Below the pieces are notes generated by a model. The model was not told where the DNA came from. It searched no databases and saw only the letters and a program-made list of their open reading frames with translations. Positions 24,641-36,487 of a stretch of 64,000 bases of DNA are shown here, in pieces. This DNA comes from Carcharhinus longimanus (taxonomy: Eukaryota), in NCBI GenBank assembly GCA_030264375.1, contig JASCQW010000072.1, forward strand, positions 93,551,368 to 93,615,367, read 5' to 3'. The position numbers and the translations under genes are program-made. Position 1 is the first letter of the stretch. Each line of letters begins with the position of its first letter.

Positions 24641-26516
24641 TATTTACACTTGCTGCCTAGGGCTGACTGTCCTTAGTTCCAAAAGACAATACTTGCTTCT
24701 CGACCAAAACATAACAGTCTTTATTCATGTCTAACAACAAAAGCAACATGCTCGTAAATCACAATAGGAAATATATAGAAGTCTGATGGCTTTGGAAACA
24801 TAATGAAATAACCCTGAAGATAGGTTAGGGGCCTGAGGCCCCAGCTTGAAAACCCTAGTTACAGTAACCAGGCGATTTCCTGTATGTGTGGGAGAGTGTG
24901 GGTTAATAATATCCAGCACAATCACAAAATATTAAATCTGAGTTAAAAAGTCTGTAGGATTATACTTTATTAAAAGGGGTTAAACATACTTAACAATAAG
25001 CTTGTGAACGACTTGTTCGCAGCTCACTTAAATTGAGTTGATAGGCTGCATTTCTGAAATGATGGAAAACACAGATTAATTCAGCGAATGTAACAATGTA
25101 TCTGGATGCTAATCTACTCCATATAACAATGTATCTGGACGTCTTGTTTTCAGTTTTCAAAGGTATTTGTTCTCAGATAAAACCCAGGAAATTGCTAGCT
25201 ACATGCTGGTGGGAACCTATGCAAGAGAATACACTTTCTATCAATTGTGCTGTGCTTATCCCCAGGGTTGCTCCAGTGGGTGTGGGAATAGCGTGCGGCC
25301 ACTGTGTTCTGTGCCACCGAGATAGTATTGAAAAGGCAAGCAGAACAGCAGGCTTTATTTCCAAAGCATTCAGGCAAGGGAGCAAGGGACAACCTATACC
25401 CAGCAGCGTGTGCAGGATAGACAATGTAATGCTATATTTGGGTTTACAAATAAGGACTTCAGTAAGAGCACTTAGGGAGGGTAACAAAATGTGCAAAGCC
25501 TGCTTTACAAGAGAATTTTATTTTTTGCTTTTTCCCCCACCCCCCCACTCCGTTACTGGACTTTGTGTTTCCTCCAGCTTTCCATATCTAGCATGCAGTA
25601 ATATTCTGAAGGAAAACATCTGGTTACTGTGAAAGGGAATAAAATAGGAAATCCTTCGGATTTCTGAAGCTGATATTACTCATAGAAAGGACAGGTATCT
25701 TTGCTTGTATACACAGCATAGGAGCTGCTGGTGGGTGAGATACAGATGTATATGCAGTACTGAGTTGGTCTTGGCCCAGTATGGAAACAGTCAGGGTTGA
25801 ATAAAATGTATAACAATACATATCTTTTAGTTTTCGCTTTCGGGTGTTGGAGGAATTTAATTTTGCGTCGTGAAGTTCTATGTGAGGCTGCTTGCCTCCC
25901 TCGAAATGCTGAATAAATGAGAGCTGGTGGCAGCCAAGTTTGTACAGTCTATTTTGGAAAGGAGGAGGTCTAAGAAGATAACGACCATTCTGGATTATTT
26001 GTACAATCTAGGTTCACACAATCAGAAAGCAAAGGAGGGGTTGTATATATGTCTATAATTCACAGTTGGTCAGTATGTTGTGGGTTTCATTTCCTCTCAC
26101 TGTTATTTTTAATGTGCTCATTAATATATTTCCTGTCTGCACTATTGTAACACAAATGTTTACCAGTTTCCTTTAACCCAACATCTGTGTTAAAGGAGTG
26201 AAGACAGTAATTTATATGATCCTATTTTACCAGGCTGCTAAAAACGGAGAATAAAGTGGGAACTAATCGCCACCTTCCATCCCAAGATTAATATATTATT
26301 TTCCTGCATTTCTCAGACTCGATATTAATACATTTTTAAAATTAAAAGTGCAGTTTTCAACCTTTATAATATATTTCATGACATGTACTTGCTTGAAGTT
26401 CTGCCTCTTCAAAATGTAAAATGTAATGTAGACTGCATGTGAGGTCAAATCTGCTTTTGCACCATGAATTTCACCAAAGAAGTTGGTAAGTAGCAGCAAA
26501 AACAAAACTGGATAAT

Positions 26517-26943
26517 CATAGAATAGAATAGAATAGAATCATAGAATCCCTTCAGTGCAGAAGGAGGCCATTCGGCCCCATCAAGAGATAGGGCCTAGGT
26601 GGGATTGTCAACAATCCCACCTAGGCCCTATCTCTGTAACCCTACGTGTTTACCCTGCTAATTCCCCAGACATGAAGGGTGGAATTTATCTATCCCGTGG
26701 ACCATGCAGAAGTCCTTTGACTTTGGGTGTGAATTTCTGGACTTGGGGCGAGTGTGGCAAGAAAATCCACCCCTCAAAGTCAATTTAGCATGACCAATCA
26801 ACCTAACCCAGACATCATTGGAGTGTGGGAGGAAATCCAAGCAGACAGAAGGAGAATTTACAAACTACACACAGGTAGGAGGCCAGAATTAAACCCATGT
26901 CCCTGGTGCTGTGAGGCAGGAGTGCTAACTGCTGTGCCACTGT
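26517..26943 (-). mobile_element. HE1 V-SINE with MITE insertion (~26677-26773)
   Basis: (atagaa)n tail, core and head; gggtggaattt...gaaaatccaccc inserted at gacatgaaggg|tcaatttagc. Confidence 0.85.
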
Positions 26944-27339
26944 GACAGGAAAAGAGAAATAGTATTTATCTTAACTGATCCCATGATCTTTTTTTAACTG
27001 TTTATGAATAAAATTATCTTTTAGCAGTCAACCTACTTAAATTGGCCATGTTGGAAGTTAGAAAAATAAACTCTCTTTCATTCCCTTCACCCCCATCCCC
27101 AGCTCTTTCGGTAATATGTGAAGCACTTTGCTCTTTGATGACAATGCAACAAAATTGTTTCACTTGAGACCCAACTTTTCTCAACCATTGATACATGCCT
27201 ACGTCTAAAAATAGTAAAAGAAAGTACAGACAGTGGAACAACCACTCATTCAATTTCTTGCATGAAGCTTTCAGCCAACACGATAAAGCTTCACAAAACT
27301 TTAAGGAAAGATTGGGAAAAATACTTCCTGTTCAAAGTT

Positions 27340-27632
27340 AATTTTTTATTTATTAGTGTCACAAATAGGCTTACATTAACATTGCAATGAAATTACTGTA
27401 AAAATTCCCTAGTCACAGCACTCTGGCGCCTGTTCAGCTACACTGAGGGAGAATTTAGTTCTGCCAGTGCACCAAACCAGCACCTCTTTCAGACTGTGGG
27501 AGAAAATCAGAGCACCACAGGAAACCCTCATGGAGCAAACGTGCAGACTCTGAACAGACAGTGACCTACATTGGGAATCAAACCCAGATCCCTGGCGCTG
27601 TGAGGCAACAGTACTAACTACTGTGCCATTGT
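27340..27632 (-). mobile_element. V-SINE, tail type A
   Basis: Full reverse copy. Confidence 0.9.
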
Positions 27633-29339
27633 ATCATTCCTGTTCTGGAAGGATGAAATGCTGTACTAATCAAAAATTAGTTTGAACTTGCAAAACAAAA
27701 CTGGGCCATCCTGACAGCCCTTCAATACCTGCCCTTCACTATCAGCTGCCTCTGTTGGGCTGCTCCTAAGACATTAATGCTAGAGAACATTATTTTGTAC
27801 CATTGAGCAGCATCACTGCAGTCTGGACTGCCCTCCCAAGATCAGATGGTTTAGGAGCGTCTCTCAGTCTGGTCTGAAGTCATTATTTGGATTAAGCCTT
27901 TTTGATATACTTGAGTTAATTGGTGTCCCCAGAGAGATTCAATACAACAGGACACCTACTCAATGATCTTCACACTAGAGTCAAAGAATTATTTGGTAAG
28001 CATAGTATTTTCTTCTATAATTATACTTTGAAGCACCTCTTTAAACCACATTTTCCATGCTGACCAACCATAGTCTCAGCAATGATAGGGATTTAATGAG
28101 AACATAAATACTGATGATTTTTAGCTGATAGTAATAGGGACACATTATCCACTTCAATTTCCTTTCAAATAGTTGTAGTGTTACCAAGATAGTAATTTAG
28201 TTCAAGGCTGAAGCAAGCAATTAGAATACTTTTCCTTTTATTGTTCCTTTTTATGTTCCTTTTATTGTACCTGTATATAAATTTATTTCAAAGTGTAATT
28301 TTTAATAAGTTATTTAAAATTTACATTATACAGGTATAATTTACATAGGTACAGAAAGTAGTACAAGTGAATGGTCACCAACTTGAAATCATTTTAAGAA
28401 TGAAGATTAATTGAGAACTGGTTCTTTCTCAGCTCCTACTGATAATGTTTCAACAGTTGACCACTCAGTTGAGGCTTTTTTCAATGAATCAAAACATTAT
28501 TAAGCATTTATCTGAATATTTGTTTCTCTGCAGATCTGCTGCTTTGTCAGTTATATTCTTCTTCTCCCCTTAAAATTGGGCTAGTAAAGTGATAGCTGAA
28601 AGGTAAAGATACCTCTGCAGTGAATCAAAACGACCAACCTAAATACATTTCAAAGCATTCCAGCTATAAACTGTACGCTTTGGGCCATTTGCACCACAGT
28701 AATTAAGCATTTAAATCATGACGTTCTGGATAGCAGGTGGAAGAATGATTGATTTGTTGACCTCTATTTCTGAACTGGTTAATTATCAGGACAAACGTCC
28801 AGCCTTTGGCAGTTTCCTGAAAAGAATTGGGTGAGAAAACTCCCAGCTTGTTGAATGGTCTGAAATTTCCTGCCAGTCATAGCACAGTGCCAGTCTCCAG
28901 TGCAAAGGGTCATTTGTACGAAGGTTGCTAACAGCCAACTTTGTGCTACATTTGATATTTCCTTGGTCTTTTAAAATCATTCTCCAAAACCTTTGCTCAG
29001 ACCCTTCGAAATCAGCATCTTCTTGTCCCTCCCTCTTCCCAAAACAGCACACGACACAAATATCTGCACGTTTTTAGATGCACAAGCCACCTTTAAATTT
29101 ATAGTAATTGAGAGCATATTGCAATTGTCAGTGTAATATTTCATTAACATGTAAAATTGGAAGTATTTTGAATCAAAAGTGATCAGATACCTCTTCGTAA
29201 TGGGCAACTATTCTTACCCATTTCCAATTTATTCAGCGAAATGCAAATCATTTGGCTGTCCTTACACTCCCGATGCCCCTGATCTTGTTACAAAAATAAT
29301 AAATGTTTCTGAACAGATCAGAATCAAACAGACAATAAT

Positions 29340-29757
29340 TTTCTTCCTTCATGGGATGTGGGAGTCACCAAAGTTTATTGCATATTCCTAGTTGCCCTTA
29401 AACTGAGTCATTTGCTAGGCCACTTTCAAAGCCATGTAAGAGCCACATATGGACCAGAGTAGCAGGTTTCCTGATAATCATATGGGTTTTTCATGGTCAT
29501 TGTTAAACTTTTAATTCCAGATTTTTTAAATTGAATTCAAATTCAATAAAATTTGAATTTAATAAAATTCAAATGTAGGACATCAGCCTGGATTACTAGT
29601 CCACTGACAATACCNNNNNNNNNNNNNNNNNNNNNNNNNNNNNNNNNNNNNNNNNNNNNNNNNNNNNNNNNNNNNNNNNNNNNNNNNNNNNNNNNNNNNN
29701 NNNNNNNNNNNNNNGGATTACTAGTCCACTGACAATACCACTGCACCACTGCCTCTC
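29340..29757 (-). mobile_element. SINE family B
   Basis: catgggatgtggg...ggattactagtccactgacaataccactgcaccactgcctc. Confidence 0.8.
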
Positions 29758-30324
29758 TAATTAGCTCCTCGCAAGAACACCAGGGCCATTTTTTGGCCAG
29801 GGACCCAGAATGGACAAGGTTTTAGCAAGTTCGTTAACTTTGCCACAGCAATAATATTCTAGCGCCCACACCTCAATCCCCTATGCCCACCCTTTCTGAG
29901 ATGGGCCCATTCTGTCAAAAGAACAATTTTCAAATCTAGGGGTTGCAGCATGGCCAAGGACTTAGCAGCACTTGGGCCTTTGAGAAAGAATGGAAAAGTG
30001 ACCTAGGAATATTCTCCTCCAGGTCTTACTATTTACCTAAAGCTTGCTGTGGAAGCTGAAAAACTCAACTCAGCTCACTCAAATATGGAAGGAAGAGGAC
30101 AATCTCATCAATTAATCTGTTGTGGATGGTAGTGGCTGGGGAAGTCAGCAGTAGAAGTGTTGTCCCTCCAACTTAGGGACAGTGCACCAAGTGGATCTAA
30201 GACCTTAGGAGGATGAGGCAGGTGAGTGGGCTAAAACCTTCAGGAGCCAAGCTCCACACTCTGAGGATGCCCCCTGCATCCTCCTACACAGCACTCATTC
30301 TCTCTCCCAACCTCATCAAAAGCC

Positions 30325-31318
30325 ATTGAAAAATTACACTGCATAAAGAGGCCATTCAGCCCACCAAATCCATGCCAATCAAAAATACAGAAAAGAAAGT
30401 AGTAGGTCATCCTAATCTCATTTTCCAGCAAGTGGTCCTAGCCTTGCAGGTTACAGCATGTTAGATGCAGATCCAGGTACCTTTTAAATAAATTGAGCAT
30501 TTCAGCCTCAGCCACCAACTTAGGCTGTGAATTCCAGACACCCACCACCCTCTGGGTGAAAAAGTTTCTCCTCATGTCCTCTCTAATCCTTCTACCAATT
30601 GCCTTAAATCAATGCTATCTGATCATTGAATGCCTAGCAAGGGGAAATAAGTCTGTCCCATCTACCCTATCTAGATTCCTCATAGCTTTGTATATCTGAA
30701 TTAGGTCACCCCTCAGTATTTTCTGCTCTAAGGAAAACAACTTTAGCCTATCCAATCTCTTCTCATCACTGCAATTTTTAAGGCCTGACAACTTTTTGTA
30801 AATCTCCTTTACACTCTGTCTGGGGGAGTGGAGAGTGGAGGTGGGGGGGAGGGGTGGGTGGAGTTTTCCCATCTCACCCACCACGGGAATCGTAGATGGC
30901 TTGGGGCGGGGGGGTGGGGGAGAGGTGGTGGTGGAGGAGGGTGCTGGTATGGCATTGACCTTGGATGATATTTTCTGGTTTTGAGGCGAGTGTGTCTGGA
31001 AAATCTCACACAGAGCAATTACGCCCTTCCTATAATGTGGTGACCAGAATTGTACACAAAGTCCAGCTGTGGCCTAACCAGTGTTTCCTACAATTCCATC
31101 ATTGTATCCTTTCTCTTGTACTCAGTACCTTGTCCAATAAAGGAAAACATTCCAAATGTCTTCATGACCATCTTGTCCACCTTTCCTCACACCTTAAAGG
31201 ACCTGTGGACATGGACTCCAAGGTCTCTCACCTCCTCAACCCCTTCTAGTATCTTGCTGATTATTGTGTATTCCCTTGCTTTGTTTGCCCTCGCCAAATG
31301 CATTACCTCACACATCTG
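30325..31318 (-). mobile_element. CR1 LINE 3' part
   Basis: LKNCSDEKRLDRLKLFSLEQKILRGDLIQIYKAMRNLDRVD; aaactttttcacccagagggtggtg on minus strand. Confidence 0.9.
30854..31010. mobile_element. MITE nested in CR1
   Basis: gggtggagttttccc ... ggaaaatctcacac; CR1 sequence resumes agagcaattacg. Confidence 0.75.
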
Positions 31319-32629
31319 AGCAGTCACTCCTCACACTTATCCAATCACTATTTCACACTCATACTTCGCAGTGACCCTCCACAAATGGTGTCCTTCCCTT
31401 CTCTCTACATGAGCCATCATGAACACACATCTATTTGCTTTCGCTCTTTCCAGGAGTAGACAGCACACACCTATGGCCATTTGAGCCATTTAAGAGGCTG
31501 ATTAAGGGCCACTTCCTGACCTCAGTAGCATTTTCCTACACAGGGAGACCACCAGGTAAAGCCTGCAGCCTTCCAGCAGGCTCCTGGCTTCGGTGCCCTA
31601 CTTAACAGGCATCCTATTGCCCATGCAGGTGCCCCCGGCAGTAATGACCATCCCATGGCCAAGGAGTGACCATTGAAAAATGACATCTCACCACCAACCC
31701 TAATTTCCAGACCCTGAGGAAGAAACCTTTTTGAGGAAGAATCCCATAATGAGGCATGCTTTCCTTCGTGCTACAACCACCTGTAACAGTGACCCCGCTG
31801 AGCTACTGGAACTCCAATTTAGCCATCAGTCCTAATAGGCAGTCTCCCGTCATCAATAGGAAGCTGTCCTGGTGGCAATCTTTTAATTGCCACCAATATT
31901 ACATTTGCCATGGAGACAGATAACTTTTAAAAAGATACTTGAGCTTCCAGTGAATGACTGAACGATCGCAAAATACTCTTATTGTAACAAGCAAACCAAA
32001 AGCAATATTGACCAAATGCTAGTTCAGTAGGCACTTAATACTGTAAACTACAATAATGGTCAATCATTTAACCTTTATAGTAGCTGAAAGTCACTCTCCT
32101 CCATGATTATTATTCACTTTGCCTGGAAAGTGTTTCTCCCAGAACTAGTCCAAAGCTACTGTTAGTTCACTTTTCCTTTTCCAACCTGATAAATTGTACA
32201 CCTGAACTGACTTTCACATTGAAGAACAAATTGGAAGTTTCCCCTTCGCCAAAACTAAGTGAATCTTTCAATGTCATGTAACCCTTACAATGCTTCAGTC
32301 TGAGCTGTGTGGTGAAAAATAGAAAATTGCTGCCTTTACTTCTCGATGCTTTCTCACTCTCTCTTTCTGTTGCATTTTACTGGCTGACCCTGTCTTAGGG
32401 GTTCAGTAATATTTTTTCGGAAAACCTGCAATCGAATTCTACAAAGGCTTCCTATGGACTTTTAACCTTACAAAACCATTCTCAATGGCAACATAAATCA
32501 CATGGGCCTTGTATCCAGGCAAAAAGCATGTTAGCTATCCTTTAGAGCCCCAACTTAATTTTAACTTGGAATTAAATAGCCAGTTTAAAGTTTTAATTAC
32601 TTGCAAAACCTAACATTCCTAACAGCTCC

Positions 32630-32782
32630 ACACCTCCCAAGGAATTGGAGACAGAGAGTAGGACTTTACACCTTGCTTGCCCTGAGACAAGAAAATCTGC
32701 CCGAGGACAATGGACCTTTCCATTGTCCGCCCATTGTCCATACCAATTCCTGTGGTGAATGGGGTGGCAGAATTCCAGCAAG
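32630..32782. mobile_element. MITE
   Basis: gaaaatctgcccgaggacaatggacctttcc...ggcagaattccagc. Confidence 0.65.
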
Positions 32783-32916
32783 ATAGTCTATCCACTGTCA
32801 GGGCAGCCGGTCTGGTCACTGTTTACAGATGTGACTACCTAGCACATTCATCCCAGTAAAACAACCATGGCCTCCCTTGAATGTTTAACCAGCAAACAAA
32901 CCAGGCTCATCATTGG

Positions 32917-33275
32917 GCAGGGGAAGCAATGGCCTAGTAGTATTATTACTAGACAATAAATCCAGAAATTCAACCAATGTTCTGGGGAGCCAGGTTCAAA
33001 TCCTGCCATGGCAGGTTGTGAAATTTGAATTGAATAAAAAAAGTCTGGAATTAAGAATCTACTGATGACCATGAAATCATTGTCGATGGTTGGAAAAATC
33101 CATCTGGTTCACTAATGTCCTTAGTGAAGAAATCTGCTGTCCTTATCTGGTCTGGCCTACATGTGACTCCAGATCCACAGCAATGTGGTTAACTCTCAAC
33201 TGCCCTCAGGCAACTAGGGATGGGCAATAAATGCTGGCCAGCTAGCGATGCCCATAACCCACGAATGAATTTAAA
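32917..33275 (+). mobile_element. SINE family B, near full-length
   Basis: ggggaagcaatggcctagtagtatt...ggttcaaatcc...gggatgggcaataaatgctggccagc...gaatgaat. Confidence 0.9.
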
Positions 33276-34247
33276 AATTCAAAGCAGGTCACAAGACATC
33301 CTTCATTCCTCCATTTTAGCCTAAATTTAAACAACATTCCCAAAGCATATCAATCTTATAAACTTCATACTTGTAACACTGACTGCCTCCGCAAGTTCAA
33401 GCATTTGATCCTGGCAATGGGATTCCTCAGCCTTCGACAAAACTGAGCTCAATGTTTCTAGTCTATGGCCTTTCATCAGAAAGTTCTGAACTTGATAAGT
33501 TGCTCGCAGCTCAGAAAATGACTGCCTAGGCTGGGAAATCCAAAATCAAGGGTTAAAACTTTACCTTGCTAATTTACCTGAAAGATCCCAAGGGCTTCCC
33601 TTCTTGCCTTCGATCCCACCCTGCAGAAACCTGGAAGAGGGCCAGATGCTGTCACGATCTGAGCTGACGTCAATTTCATGGGGATTTAATCCCCTGCGCA
33701 TAAGAAAGCCTCCCTCCTGTTGCAGAGGAAAATTTCCCGAAGTTTCAGAGTTGGAAAGTGATCCTTATAGTGATAGCCCGGCCTTGATGAGGAAATGGGC
33801 AAGAACACTGTGTAATTTTCCCTTTTTAGATCCACAAAGAGTTTTCGCCCTGGGTTTTGAATGGTGAAATGAGCTGTATTTCAGAATCCTTTACCAAAGA
33901 CTCTGGCATTTTGATATAAATAATCACAGGAGACTTGCAGTGAAATGAGGAAGGCAGGAAACAGATTTTCTCTAAGAGGCCATTTTGCATAGGTTTCACA
34001 AATTAAGAAAGATGACTTAGATTGTTGTGCTATATAATCAAAATGTTACAAAAAAAAATTCTCCCATCTACTTCAGTTAGTTTGAACGAGATATGTTGAA
34101 CTGAACTTAACAGTGCCAGCAATAGACCTTCCTGTTTCAACCCAATTGTCAGAATTGCTCTTAATTGTTTGAAGCAGTTTTCAGAAAACATTTCACTCTC
34201 TGTTTGGTGAGTTGGAACTTGATTAAATTATTAAAAAAGTGAAAAAA

Positions 34248-34551
34248 AAGCTTATTTATTTGTTACAATTAGGTTTACAGTCACATTGCAATTAAGTTAC
34301 CGTGAAAATCCCCTAGTCTCCACACTCCAGCACCTATCCAGGTACACTGAGGGAGAATTTAGCATGGCCAATTCAACTAACCTGCACATTTTTGGACTGT
34401 GGGAGGAAACCAGAGTACCCGGAGGAAACCCCCACAGACACAGGGAGAACATGCAAACTCCACACAGACAGTGACCCGAGCCGGGAATCGAACCCAGGAC
34501 CCTGGAGCTCTGAAGCAGCAGTGCTAACCACCGTGCTACTGTGCCACCCAT
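34248..34551 (-). mobile_element. V-SINE, tail type A
   Basis: Full reverse copy. Confidence 0.9.
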
Positions 34552-34599
34552 GTCTGGGCTTAAGGATCTGATTTTTTTTTAAAATGAATTGCACAGTAT

Positions 34600-35165
34600 A
34601 TTATTGAGCGGGTGGGAAACGCCTGGTGTTTCCGAGTAAGCAAATGTCACTCTAGGTGTGTGAAAATAAATTAAATGATGATTGAACGGGGCGAGACATG
34701 TTATTTATGAGGAGAACTCCGCGGGCCACAGATCCACCACTGGCCTTGTGTTCAGTGCTTAGCAGGTTCTAATTTCCTGACCGCTGGCCAATCATTATCG
34801 TCAGCGCCGCTATCGCTGAACAAAATGAAGCGACGTCTTTAACCGGCTTTGAAGTAAACCCTGTGGAAACGTCGCGTGACCACTCGTCACGTAGCAGCTA
34901 CCTATCCATTCACGTACAGTGGCCACGTCACCCTGGCAGGGTCACTGAAGCAAACGAGGCTTCCTCACGGTTTTGCAGTCAGCCTTGACAGTTTTCAGGC
35001 GAGCCACAATTGGCAGAAGGTTCGCGCGAACCCGTGGCAAGGCAGAAGGAGACAAATCGCAATGTGGAATGGCCTCAGAAAATGTCACAACAGGAAAATG
35101 TCAAGGCGGTTGACACAATTGGAGCACGGAGCTCTGACGTAGCTACGCAGCTGCTACAAGGGAAT
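34600..35165. promoter_or_regulatory. Orphan CpG island, candidate promoter or enhancer
   Basis: About 34 CpGs in ~550 bp by hand count, no recognisable repeat; CCAAT/ATTGG boxes and six ACGT cores. Confidence 0.65.
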
Positions 35166-35174
35166 GTGACTTAT

Positions 35175-35434
35175 TTCATGGAATCGTAGAATCCCCGCAG
35201 AGCAGAAGGAGGCCATTTGGCCCATCGAGTCTGCACCAACCACAATCCCACCTGGGCCCTATTGCCGTAACCCCACATATTTTTGAATTAATGTAAAAAT
35301 AAATCTGGAATTAAGAATCTACTGATGATCGTGAAATCATTGCTGATCGTCGGAAAATCCCATCTGGTTCACTAATGTCCTTTAATGAAGGAAATCAGCC
35401 ATCCTTATCTGGTCAGGCCTACACATGACTCCAG
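35175..35434. mobile_element. HE1 tail (-) abutting SINE family B body (+)
   Basis: gaatcgtagaatcccc...ggaggccatttggccc; aaatctggaattaagaatctactgatga...acatgactccag. Confidence 0.8.
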
Positions 35435-35619
35435 NNNNNNNNNNNNNNNNNNNNNNNNNNNNNNNNNNNNNNNNNNNNNNNNNNNNNNNNNNNNNNNNNN
35501 NNNNNNNNNNNNNNNNNNNNNNNNNNNNNNNNNNCCCTACCACCATGAGGCAGTAGTGCAAACCACTACGCCGCCACATATCACAATTATATTTTTGATG
35601 ACACCCAGTAACTGAGCAG

Positions 35620-35708
35620 TTGAAAATGGGGCTGAATATTGTGCAGTCATCAGCGAACATCCCTTTTCTTTACCTGGTATGGAATGAAGGTCATTGGTGA
35701 AGCAGCTA
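35620..35708 (-). mobile_element. CR1-clade LINE RT fragment
   Basis: FTNDLHSIPGKKR(G)MFADDCTIFSPI. Confidence 0.75.
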
Positions 35709-36094
35709 AACTGTTAAAAATATTCTTTTTATCTCCACATGGCTCTTGATGTCTGCCCATAGTGGATACTAGTAGGTTTGGTGGTGAAATGAGGAATATG
35801 AGGGAACATTGGGGATAGCTTGGGGGATGGACTAGGATAGGGGCAAGGCTTTTGGGCTGGCATGGGAGAATTGGGGATCATGAGAGCTAAGGGGTGAAGA
35901 CTAGCTGAACAGCCTTTGATAGAAATGGGCCAGAGTCTGAGAGAACCAAGGCAACCTTTAGAACTATCCTACTTTGATGCTCAATGCCTCTGTAGCCATA
36001 CTGGAACAACTTCTGGATGTGGCAGGTCTGACTTGATCATGGCCCTGTCCCCTCAAAATGAAAATCATGAATGCAGAGGTCATTACTATGGAGA

Positions 36095-36400
36095 CTGGAC
36101 TTCCAAGTCAGGCTCCTTTAACAGCACCTTACAAACCTAGAACCACCAGTTAATGATGCATGGGGCCAGCACCACCTCCAAGTCAAGCACCTTCCTAACT
36201 TGGAAATAGATTGCTATTTTTTCATCAACAATGGGACCAAATCTTGCCATTCCTTACCTAACAGTACAGTGGGAGCATTTTAGCCCATAGATTGCGTGGT
36301 TCAAGAGGATAGCTCAACCATTGCCTTCTCAAGGGCAAATAGGGATACAGATTGAATTCTGGCCTTGCATATGCACATCCAATGACTGGATGATTCAAAA
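36095..36400 (+). mobile_element. LINE 3' end sharing its tail with SINE family B
   Basis: ggctcctttaacagcaccttacaaacc...gccttctcaagggcaaatagggat. Confidence 0.7.
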
Positions 36401-36487
36401 AGAAATCTTAAGCTATTAGATGCACTAGAGATTGCATCATAAAGTAACCTCCCCAAAATTGTTGCATAATTACAGATTGCCCTTATA

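Larger units (their letters stand above)
29950..31470 (+). pseudogene. PIF/Harbinger Myb/SANT-like gene relic with intron, interrupted by CR1
   Basis: LWMVVAGEVSSRSVVPPT*GQCTKWI*DLRRMRQ|gtgagt (exon ends 30221); acceptor ctctttccag then E*TAHT at 31454. Confidence 0.7.

Noticed and set aside
25096-25632. 178-aa ORF, the longest gap-free ORF
   Set aside because: No recognisable domain, overlapping antisense ORFs and no gene context; compatible with chance
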